From: Nocardia sp. NPDC049220
GTDB lineage: Bacteria > Actinomycetota > Actinomycetes > Mycobacteriales > Mycobacteriaceae
DNA length: 32,000 nt
Assembly (NCBI RefSeq): GCF_040647855.1
Contig: NZ_JBEZDA010000009.1
Location: 127,139 to 159,138, forward strand
Reading direction: 5' to 3'
Position 1 is the first letter of the stretch. The number at the start of each line of letters is the position of its first letter. The translations under genes and the position numbers were made by a program. The notes below the pieces were generated by a model. It was not told the DNA's origin. It saw only the letters and a program-made list of their open reading frames with translations, and did not search any database. Below, piece after piece: positions 16,245 to 23,879 of the stretch.

Positions 16245-16279
16245 AGTACTTGACTTGAGTCTAGTACTGAAGTTAGCGT
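16245..16279 (+). promoter_or_regulatory. 24-bp near-palindrome (operator candidate) overlapping a putative promoter (-35 TTGACT, -10 TAGCGT)
   Basis: AGTACTTGACTT|GAGTCTAGTACT at 16245-16268 matches its reverse complement at 20 of 24 positions. TTGACT at 16251-16256, 17-nt spacer, TAGCGT at 16274-16279. About 60 nt upstream of the SBP ATG and 87 nt downstream of the marR stop. Confidence 0.45.
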
Positions 16280-16331
16280 CTTCTCTCATTAGTGAGGCGT
16301 GTTACACGCCCAGCATGAGGAGAGGTACGCA

Positions 16332-17369
16332 ATGGAGCACCGAGGACCCACTGGGCCGTTCGGCAGGCTCGCGTCGCGGGGAATCCTGACGCGGCGACGC
16401 GCTCTGGCCCTCGTGGGCGCAGCCCTGGTTCCGGCACTCGCGGCCTGTGGGAGCGGATCGTCGGGCACGTCCGGTCCATCCGACACAGTGCGAGTCGCGA
16501 TCGCGCCCACCGGCACCGCGTTGCCGGTCGTCGTCGCCGACAAACAGGGCTTCTTCAAGGCGCAGGGCCTGAAGGTCACCTTCCAGGTATCGAACGTCTC
16601 GATCTCGGACCAGCTCGCGACGCTCGGCAGGCAGTTCGACGTCGCGATGGGCACGCAGCCGGCGCTGATCACCGCTGCCGCCCATCGGATCGCGCTCGCC
16701 AACATCACCGGCGGCGCGATCGATTCGAAGGCCAACCCGCAGACCGACTTCGTCGCCTCGGCCGCCAGCGGCATCACGTCCTACGCCGAGCTGGAGGGGA
16801 AGAACCTCGGGGCGCTCTCGCTCACCGGCAACATCCACTACGCGGTGCTGAACGCGGCCAAACAGGCTGGTGCGCCGTTGGACAAGGCCAATTGGGTCGT
16901 CGGTACGGTGCCGCAGTTGCCGGACACCCTTCGGGCGGGCCGGGCCGACGGCATCGAGGAGATCGAGCCGTTCGCGAGCATGACGGTCGCCAACGGTGGA
17001 GTCTCACTCGGTTCGCCGTTCCGCTCGCTCGGCGACGAGGCGTTCCTCGGTATCTTCCTCGCGTCCAAGGGCTGGGCGGATGCCAACGAGGAGACGGTAC
17101 TGAAGTTCAACACCGCACTGGCCCAGGCCGCGGACTGGATCACGGCGAACCAGGCGGATGCCCTGGAGCTGATGGGCACGTACACGGGTGCCAGCAAGGC
17201 GGTACTCGCCAAGACCCGGATCCCGGACTATAGGTTCCAGACGACCGCGGCCGATCTCGCGTCGGTGCAGGGCGCCGACACCGAGACCTGGATCGAGCTG
17301 CTCCGGGAGTTCGGGAATTTCAAGGGTCGCGTGAGTCCCGCCGACGTCCTGCCGGGGTGGGCGAAATGA
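16332..17369 (+). CDS. ABC transporter substrate-binding lipoprotein (NMT1/THI5-like, NitT/TauT-type) with Tat-type signal
   Basis: ATG at 16332 preceded by AGGAGAGG. Signal region LTRRRALALVGAALVPALAAC has a twin-arginine motif plus the lipobox LAAC. The mature part resembles the NMT1/SsuA-like periplasmic binding fold. Confidence 0.85.
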   Translation: MEHRGPTGPFGRLASRGILTRRRALALVGAALVPALAACGSGSSGTSGPSDTVRVAIAPTGTALPVVVADKQGFFKAQGLKVTFQVSNVSISDQLATLGRQFDVAMGTQPALITAAAHRIALANITGGAIDSKANPQTDFVASAASGITSYAELEGKNLGALSLTGNIHYAVLNAAKQAGAPLDKANWVVGTVPQLPDTLRAGRADGIEEIEPFASMTVANGGVSLGSPFRSLGDEAFLGIFLASKGWADANEETVLKFNTALAQAADWITANQADALELMGTYTGASKAVLAKTRIPDYRFQTTAADLASVQGADTETWIELLREFGNFKGRVSPADVLPGWAK

Positions 17370-18094
17370 CCCGGCCGGCCGATGTCATCCGCAAATGGGA
17401 GGCGCACTTTCCGCGCGAGGAGCTGGAAACACTCGCGAAGGCCGGCTACGGTAACCGGCTCGGCTTCGGGTCCCGCCCCGCGCTGCTGGTCGTCGACGCA
17501 ACCTACAGCTTCTGTGGCCCCGAGCCACTGCCCATACTCGACGCGATCGAGGTCAACCGGCGCTCCTGCGGTGACCGGGCGTGGGCGGCGCTCGGACCGA
17601 TCCGCGAGCTGCTGACCGCCGCCCGGGCCGCGGCGGTGCCGATCGTGTTCAGCACGATGCGAGATCCCGCCAGTCCCGCGTACGAGCCGGGATTGTGGGG
17701 TGCCAAGAACACCCGCGGTGTCGAGGACGGTGGCACGGGCGGCGACAGTAGGGACAACGAGGTACTCGACGAGATCGCGCCGCGGGCGGGTGAACTGGTG
17801 CTTGCCAAGGACAAGCCGAGTATCTTCGCCGGCACCGGGCTCGCGGCGTATCTGATCGCCCGGGGGGTCGATTCCCTGATCGTATGCGGCGGCACATCGA
17901 GCGGCTGTGTTTACGCGACCGCGGTCGACGGCTTTTCCCATAACTACCGGGTGACGGTCGCGCGGGAAGCCTCGTTCGACCGGGTCGACTCCCCGCATTG
18001 GGCGGCCCTGCTGGACATCGACATGAAGTACGGCGACGTAGTCGACACGGGCGAGGTGCTCGAACACCTCGCCACGCTGCGGCCCGGCGCATGA
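17366..18094 (+). CDS. isochorismatase-family cysteine hydrolase (amidase-type), paralogue 1
   Basis: ATGA overlap with the SBP stop. D-K-C triad contexts LLVVDATYSF, LAKDKPSIFAGT and LIVCGGTSSGCVYATAVDG (N-carbamoylsarcosine amidase/nicotinamidase-like). Confidence 0.85.
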   Translation: MTRPADVIRKWEAHFPREELETLAKAGYGNRLGFGSRPALLVVDATYSFCGPEPLPILDAIEVNRRSCGDRAWAALGPIRELLTAARAAAVPIVFSTMRDPASPAYEPGLWGAKNTRGVEDGGTGGDSRDNEVLDEIAPRAGELVLAKDKPSIFAGTGLAAYLIARGVDSLIVCGGTSSGCVYATAVDGFSHNYRVTVAREASFDRVDSPHWAALLDIDMKYGDVVDTGEVLEHLATLRPGA

Positions 18095-18116
18095 GCCACG
18101 GACGAGAGGAACAACC

Positions 18117-18824
18117 ATGACAGACCCTGTACAGGTCCCGGACTGGCGGACGGTCTTTCCCGAAGAGGAACGCCGTATCTACGAGGCCGCGCGCTTCGGC
18201 GGCCTGCTCGAGCCGGGCAGCCGGCCTGCGATCATGGTGATCGACGTGGTCGAGTCCTTCGCCGGCCGCGCCGGCGAGGGCATCCTCGACGCTATCGAGC
18301 AATACCGGACGAGCTGTGGGCCGGCGGGCGAGGGGGCGATCGACGCGATCGCAACGCTGCTCGATCTGGCCCGCGAGACCGACGTGCCGGTCGTGTATAC
18401 CAAGGGCAGTGTCGTCGACAAGTTTCACGCGGGCGACTCGGTCAAGGGCACCCGGCCGGACGAGATCGCGAGCGTCTACGGCGCCCCGATCGTCTCGCGG
18501 ATCGCGCCGTTGGAGTCGGAGTACGTACTGGAGAAGACCAAGGCATCGGCGTTCTTCGGCACTCCGATGACGTCTTTCCTGCAGCGACACGGCGTGGACA
18601 CTCTGCTGGTCTGCGGCACGTCGACCAGTGGGTGCGTGCGTGCGTCGGTCGTCGACGCGTTCTCACACGGCTACCGCGTCTGGGTGGTGGAGGATTGCGT
18701 TTTCGACCGCGCACCGACCTCGCACGCGGTGAACCTCTACGAGATGAACCAAAAGTACGCTTCGGTCGTTACGTTGGACGACGCTTGCCAGTACTTACGC
18801 GTAGTTGCGAAGGGGCAAGCATGA
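18117..18824 (+). CDS. isochorismatase-family cysteine hydrolase (amidase-type), paralogue 2
   Basis: RBS GAGAGGA 6 nt upstream. Triad contexts IMVIDVVESF, LEKTKASAFFGT and LLVCGTSTSGCVRASVVDA. Confidence 0.85.
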   Translation: MTDPVQVPDWRTVFPEEERRIYEAARFGGLLEPGSRPAIMVIDVVESFAGRAGEGILDAIEQYRTSCGPAGEGAIDAIATLLDLARETDVPVVYTKGSVVDKFHAGDSVKGTRPDEIASVYGAPIVSRIAPLESEYVLEKTKASAFFGTPMTSFLQRHGVDTLLVCGTSTSGCVRASVVDAFSHGYRVWVVEDCVFDRAPTSHAVNLYEMNQKYASVVTLDDACQYLRVVAKGQA

Positions 18825-19672
18825 GTGCCCCGAGACACCGCGTCACTGCGACCAATTCGATGTCGGTCGCGGATTCGGCAACCACCGGAGTGACCATCGA
18901 GTGTCGCGATGTGTGCATCGACGTCCCGACCGACACCGGTCCACGACGGATCGTCGAGGGACTGGACCTGCGGATCGAGGCGGGCGAGTTCGTGTGTGTG
19001 CTCGGTGCTTCCGGCGTCGGCAAGACGACGGTGCTCCGGGCACTCGGCGGACTGGTCGCCCCGACCGAGGGCTCGGTGCTCGAGATCGACGGCATCCCGG
19101 TGGACGGCCCGCCGTCCGCCGGCGTGATGGTGTTCCAGAACTACGCGTCGTCGTTGCTGCCGTGGCGGTCCGCCCTCGCCAACGTCGAACTGCCGTTGGA
19201 GAGTACGGTCCGCGATCGTGGCGTGCGCCGGGAACGGGCGATGGAGGCGCTGCGACTCGTCGGGCTTGCCGACCGGCATGGCGCTTACCCCGCACAGCTG
19301 TCGGGCGGCATGCAGCAACGGGTGCAGATCGCGCGGGCGCTGGTCGTTCGGCCGCGGGTATTGTTCATGGACGAACCCTTCGGCGCACTCGACGCCATGA
19401 CCAGGGAAGGCCTGCAAGACGAGCTGCTGCGCATCCACGCGCGGACCTCGATGACGGTCGTATTCATCACCCACGACATCGAGGAGGCCGCCTACCTGGG
19501 TACCCGCCTCGTCGTGCTCGAGGGTAGGCCGTCGGCAGTGGGGCACGACCTGCGCAGCACGCTCGGGCCGGACCGGGACCAGGTCGCCACCAAGGAGTCC
19601 GCCGAGTACCTGCGACTGCGGCACAAGCTGTACGCCGCAGTGCGAGGCGAGCGGAAGGGTGCGGCACGGTGA
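18821..19672 (+). CDS. ABC transporter ATP-binding protein
   Basis: ATGA overlap with the previous stop. Walker A GASGVGKTT, signature LSGGMQQR, Walker B LFMDEPFGALD. Confidence 0.9.
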   Translation: MSAPRHRVTATNSMSVADSATTGVTIECRDVCIDVPTDTGPRRIVEGLDLRIEAGEFVCVLGASGVGKTTVLRALGGLVAPTEGSVLEIDGIPVDGPPSAGVMVFQNYASSLLPWRSALANVELPLESTVRDRGVRRERAMEALRLVGLADRHGAYPAQLSGGMQQRVQIARALVVRPRVLFMDEPFGALDAMTREGLQDELLRIHARTSMTVVFITHDIEEAAYLGTRLVVLEGRPSAVGHDLRSTLGPDRDQVATKESAEYLRLRHKLYAAVRGERKGAAR

Positions 19673-20493
19673 GTGCTCAGATCGCGGTGGCCCCCTCGGA
19701 CGGGGCCGCGCCGGAGCAGCCGGCTCGCCGCCATCGGCGGCGGTGGCTCAACCTGCCGGGGCTCGGGCTTTTGGTGGCGCTGGCCGTGCTGTGGGAGGTG
19801 CTGGCTCGCACGGTTCTCCGCTCCTTCGAGAACTTCGTGCCGACCTCGGACATTGTCCGCGCGTTCGGTGAGCTGGCCGGGCAAGGCGACTTGGCCGCGC
19901 AGATCGGGCACACCCTCAGCGTCACCATGATCGGCTGGGTGGTGTCCACCGCGGTCGGTGTGGTGATCGGCGTCTGGCTGGGGCTGTCCGGAGTCGCCTG
20001 GCGCTGGTCGATGGCCAGCGTCGAGGTCCTCCGTTCGCTACCGTCCATCGCGTTCGTGCCGATCGCGCTCCTCGTCTTCGGGTTCTCCCAGGAAATGGAG
20101 CTCGTGTTGATCATGTACGTGTGCCTGTGGCCGGTGCTGATCGCCACGATCGAGGGCGTACGCGGGGTACATCCGGGCCTCATCGACACCGCCCGAACGT
20201 TCAACCTCGGCCGGGTACAGGTGTGGCGCAGCATCGTGCTGCCCGCAGCCGTGTCGCGGATCCTCGTCGGCGTCCGGCTGGCTCTCGCCCTCGCGGTCTC
20301 CCTCGCCGTGATCGCCGAGATGCTCGGCAACCCCGAGGGCCTGGGCTTCGGGATCGTGTTCGTGCAGCGCGGTTTTCAGCCGGGGCAGGTCTTCGCCTAC
20401 TTGTTCACGATCGGGCTGGTCGGCTGGGCGCTGAACGCGCTGTTCACCGCCGCGGTGCGGCTGCTTGCGCCGCGGTTTGCGGGGTCGCTGTGA
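19669..20493 (+). CDS. ABC transporter permease (BPD_transp_1-type)
   Basis: GTGA overlap with the ATPase stop. Multiple hydrophobic helices and an EAA-like loop ARTFNLGRVQVWRSIVLPAA. Confidence 0.85.
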   Translation: MSAQIAVAPSDGAAPEQPARRHRRRWLNLPGLGLLVALAVLWEVLARTVLRSFENFVPTSDIVRAFGELAGQGDLAAQIGHTLSVTMIGWVVSTAVGVVIGVWLGLSGVAWRWSMASVEVLRSLPSIAFVPIALLVFGFSQEMELVLIMYVCLWPVLIATIEGVRGVHPGLIDTARTFNLGRVQVWRSIVLPAAVSRILVGVRLALALAVSLAVIAEMLGNPEGLGFGIVFVQRGFQPGQVFAYLFTIGLVGWALNALFTAAVRLLAPRFAGSL

Positions 20494-21266
20494 GTAGCGC
20501 GGCACCGGCGCGCCAGCGGCGGCGCACGTCCGGGATCCCGCCACTTCGCGGATTGCTGCCACTGGTCGTGCTGCTCGTACTGTGGCAGCTGCTGGTCTCG
20601 CCCGACGATCCCTACTTCCCCCCACCGAGCCGTTGGTTCGCGGCGCTCGGCGATCTCGGTACGGCGGGCGCACTGTGGCCATCGATATTCACCACCCTGC
20701 TGAGTTTCGTGCTCGCTCTGGTGATCGCCGTCGTGGTCGGGGCTGCGCTGGGTGTCGGCGTGGGTCGCGCTCCCGTCGCCGACCGAGTCCTCGGTCCGAC
20801 CTTCGAGTTCATCCGGACGATCCCGGCCGGCGCGATGGTGCCGGTCGCGGTGTTGGTCATCGGCTACACGCGCTCGATGACGGTCGCCGTCGTGGTCGTG
20901 ACGTCACTGTGGCCGGTGCTGTTGGCCACTCGCGCGGCTGCTCGCGAGCTCGATGTCGCTCGGCTGGAAGCGGCTCGGGTAATGCATCTGGGCCGGTTCG
21001 AGACCTTCCGCAAGATCGTGCTGCCCTCCCTGAGCTCGAGTATCGTGCTGGGCCTGCAGATCACCGCCCCGTTGGCACTGATCATCACCATCGTCGTCGA
21101 GCTGATCACCCAGGTCGACGGGATCGGCAAGCAGATCAGCCTCGCCCAGTCCCAGTTCCAGAGTGAGACGGTGTACGGGCTGGTGGCTGTCACCTGTCTG
21201 ATCGGGCTCGCTGTCAACCTGGTGGCCGCGGTCGTTGCCCGCGCTACCCGTCGCTATGTCGCCTGA
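20490..21266 (+). CDS. ABC transporter permease (second, paralogous)
   Basis: GTG at 20490 overlaps the previous stop as GTGA. EAA-like loop ARVMHLGRFETFRKIVLPSL. In frame with the longer track ORF 20121..21266, whose N-terminus is an Arg-rich overlap artefact. Confidence 0.85.
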   Translation: MSSAAPARQRRRTSGIPPLRGLLPLVVLLVLWQLLVSPDDPYFPPPSRWFAALGDLGTAGALWPSIFTTLLSFVLALVIAVVVGAALGVGVGRAPVADRVLGPTFEFIRTIPAGAMVPVAVLVIGYTRSMTVAVVVVTSLWPVLLATRAAARELDVARLEAARVMHLGRFETFRKIVLPSLSSSIVLGLQITAPLALIITIVVELITQVDGIGKQISLAQSQFQSETVYGLVAVTCLIGLAVNLVAAVVARATRRYVA

Positions 21267-21282
21267 GTCGAGGAAGGACCAC

Positions 21283-22851
21283 ATGACCTACCCGTACGAG
21301 GACTTTCGTGACTACCTGAATTCACTGGACGAGTCGGGCCTGCTCGTGCGGGTCACCGCACCGGTGGACAAGGATACCGAGTTGGTGCCGCTGGTCCGCC
21401 TACAGTTCCGCGGACTGCCGGAGGAGAAGCGCCGGGCCTTCCTCTTCGAGAATGTGACCGATAGCCGGGGCAGGCGGTTCGACGGCGGAGTGGCGATCGC
21501 CACCTTCGCAGCGTCGCGTCGCGTCTACGCCCATGCACTCGGTGCCGATCTGGACCGGCTCGGTGAGGTCTGGCAGCGGGCGCTGTCCGAGCCGATCGAG
21601 CCCGAGATCGTCGAGACCGGGCCGTGCAAGGAGCGGATTCTGCTCGGGGATGAGATCGTGTCCTCGGGTGGGGTCGACGCGTTTCCCCATCCCATCTCGA
21701 CGCCCGGCTTCGACAACGCGCCATTCCTGACCTCGCCGTACTGGGTCACCAAGGACCCGGAGACCGGCGAGTACAACGTCGGAACCTACCGCGGCATGAT
21801 CAAGGGGCCGGGTGTGGTGGGCCTGCAGATGGACACCCCGAGTCAGCACATCGCCATCCACCTTCGCAAGGCGCGGAAGCTGGGGAAACCGCTCGAGGTC
21901 GCGGTGGTACTCGGCGCCGTCCCGGCGGTCGGCCTCGCCAGCGTGCAGAAAGTGCCGTTCGGGGTCAGCGAGTACGCGGTCGCGGGCGGGCTGATGGGCC
22001 GCCCACTGGAGGTCGTACGCTGCGAGACAGTGGACCTGGAGGTTCCGGCCACGGCGGAGATCATCCTGGAGGGCCGGATCGACCCGACGCACCTGGAGCC
22101 GGAGGGCCCGTTCGGTGAGGCCAGCGGTTACATGGGCCCGCGCACGTTGTCGCCGGTGCTGGAGCTGACCGCGATCACGCATCGCGAGCGGCCAGTGGTG
22201 CAGGCGTTCATCAGCGAGTTTCCGCCCAGTGAGTCCACGCTGATGCGCAAGATCGGGTTCGAGAACGTCTATCGGCGGTTCTTGCAGCAGTCCTGCAACA
22301 TCTCCTCGGTCGTCGACGTGACCTTCTACGAGATGGCAACCTGCAACATGTTCTTCGTCATCCGCATGAAGGACCCGTCACCGGGCCAGGCGTGGCAGGC
22401 GCTGTACGCCGCCTCGGGGTACGAGCCGTCGATGGGTAAGTACATCGTGGCGGTGGACGACGATGTCGATCCGTCCGATCTCGGGTCGGTGGTGTGGGCA
22501 CTGAGTTTCCGCACGCAGCCCGCGCATGACGTGAAGGTTCTCGGGGACAAGTTGCCCCGGCTCGACCCGTCGATGCCACTGCCGCTCGGTGCGGATCCGG
22601 TGGCGAGCGGTTCGGCCATGCTCATCGACGCGACCCGGTCGCACCCGTACCCGCCGACGTCACTGCCCGCTGAACCGTACATGGACGCCGCAGTGCGGCG
22701 CTGGAACGACCTCGGCCTCGGACCACTCGATCTCGCCGCCCCCGTCCACGGCTATGAACTAGGAGATTGGACGGAGGAGAACCGCGAAGAGGCGGCATTG
22801 GCCGTACTGGGCCGCTATCTGGAGACCGGTGCGAAGTTGCACGGCGCGTGA
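21283..22851 (+). CDS. UbiD-family (prFMN-dependent) reversible decarboxylase
   Basis: ATG at 21283 preceded by GAGGAAGGA. N-terminus YEDFRDYLNSLDESGLLVRVTAPVDKDTEL and the block EGPFGEASGYMG (compare EGPFGDHTGYY in UbiD enzymes). About 522 aa. Confidence 0.9.
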   Translation: MTYPYEDFRDYLNSLDESGLLVRVTAPVDKDTELVPLVRLQFRGLPEEKRRAFLFENVTDSRGRRFDGGVAIATFAASRRVYAHALGADLDRLGEVWQRALSEPIEPEIVETGPCKERILLGDEIVSSGGVDAFPHPISTPGFDNAPFLTSPYWVTKDPETGEYNVGTYRGMIKGPGVVGLQMDTPSQHIAIHLRKARKLGKPLEVAVVLGAVPAVGLASVQKVPFGVSEYAVAGGLMGRPLEVVRCETVDLEVPATAEIILEGRIDPTHLEPEGPFGEASGYMGPRTLSPVLELTAITHRERPVVQAFISEFPPSESTLMRKIGFENVYRRFLQQSCNISSVVDVTFYEMATCNMFFVIRMKDPSPGQAWQALYAASGYEPSMGKYIVAVDDDVDPSDLGSVVWALSFRTQPAHDVKVLGDKLPRLDPSMPLPLGADPVASGSAMLIDATRSHPYPPTSLPAEPYMDAAVRRWNDLGLGPLDLAAPVHGYELGDWTEENREEAALAVLGRYLETGAKLHGA

Positions 22852-22894
22852 GTCCGCGCGGGGGCCGGGCGTGAGCGCGGCCCCCGCGCGGACT
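22851..22894. terminator. perfect 17-bp GC-rich inverted repeat between convergent genes (bidirectional terminator candidate)
   Basis: AGTCCGCGCGGGGGCCG at 22851-22867 and CGGCCCCCGCGCGGACT at 22878-22894, with a 10-nt loop. It fills almost the entire 45-nt gap between the UbiD stop (22851) and the CN-hydrolase stop (22897). No U-tract. Confidence 0.6.
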
Positions 22895-22896
22895 GT

Positions 22897-23715
22897 TCAC
22901 GCTGGCGTCATCGTGAACCGGCGCAGCCGAAGCGCGGGGTTGGTGTCGCGGACCGCGACGACTGCCGCCGGGTCGAGGTCTGCGGTGATGAGCCCCTCAT
23001 GCTGTCCGGCGTGGGCAAGCACCCGGCCCACTGGGTCCACGATCATGCTGGCGCCGACCCCGACCGGCGGTGTGTGGTCGGCGGCAACCAAGTAGCAGGT
23101 GTTCTCGATCGCCCGGGCCCGGCACAGGGTGGTCCAGTGATCTTCCTTGAGCGGTCCCGCCACCCACTCGGCGGGGACGGCGAGCAGATCGGCACCCGCA
23201 TCGACCAGCCGCCGGCTGATTTCCGGGAAGCGCAGGTCGTAGCAGGTCTGCAGACCCACGGTGAGGTCTCCCAGCCCGATGGTCCCTGGCGCGCCGATAT
23301 CGCCGGGACGCATCCAATCGGATTCGCGCGCGCCGTAGGCGTCGTAGAGGTGGATCTTGCGGTAGACCACTAGTGGGGACCGGCCATCCGTCGCGACCAG
23401 GGTGTTGGCGACGCGTCGGTCCGCAGGGTCGGTCGCTGCCTCGACCATGCCTGCCATGAGCAGCAGATCGTGTTCGGCGGCCAGCGCGCGGATCGCCCGG
23501 ACAAATGGGCCATCGAGCGGTTGGGCTCCGGCCAGAAACGCCTCGTCGAGCACCGGTGCGAACCACGAACTGTATTCGGGCAACACCAGCGCCCGCGCGC
23601 CGGCGGCTGCCGCCTCCCTGGCGAACCGCGCGATGCGATCCAGATTCGCGTCCGGATCGGTGGTCGGCGCGAACTGGGCGGCCGCGACGCGGACAGCGCG
23701 CTCAGGCTGGGTCAT
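22897..23715 (-). CDS. carbon-nitrogen hydrolase (nitrilase superfamily) amidase
   Basis: RBS AGGAG 7 nt upstream of ATG 23715. E-K-C triad contexts ALVLPEYS, VVYRKIHLYD and GLQTCYDLRFPE. Confidence 0.85.
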   Translation of the reverse strand: MTQPERAVRVAAAQFAPTTDPDANLDRIARFAREAAAAGARALVLPEYSSWFAPVLDEAFLAGAQPLDGPFVRAIRALAAEHDLLLMAGMVEAATDPADRRVANTLVATDGRSPLVVYRKIHLYDAYGARESDWMRPGDIGAPGTIGLGDLTVGLQTCYDLRFPEISRRLVDAGADLLAVPAEWVAGPLKEDHWTTLCRARAIENTCYLVAADHTPPVGVGASMIVDPVGRVLAHAGQHEGLITADLDPAAVVAVRDTNPALRLRRFTMTPA

Positions 23716-23775
23716 GGGAGTGCTCCTGACGATCGTGACGGCGACGTTGACGAATACAGCATGACATAGATGAAG

Positions 23776-23803
23776 TATCTAAACACTTGACTTAGCTTAG
23801 ATA
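23776..23803. promoter_or_regulatory. inverted repeat TATCTAA-N14-TTAGATA within the AT-rich divergent control region (23716-23879)
   Basis: TATCTAA at 23776-23782 and TTAGATA at 23797-23803. The spacer contains ACTTGACTT (23785-23793), identical to 16248-16256 upstream of the transporter operon. The region is markedly AT-rich relative to its flanks. Confidence 0.4.
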
Positions 23804-23879
23804 TTTTGGTTGCCTGTTCTTGCTGAATATTGATCTCGGGCGGGCAGGACCTGCTCATTGGAATGAGGAGGGACGGGCG

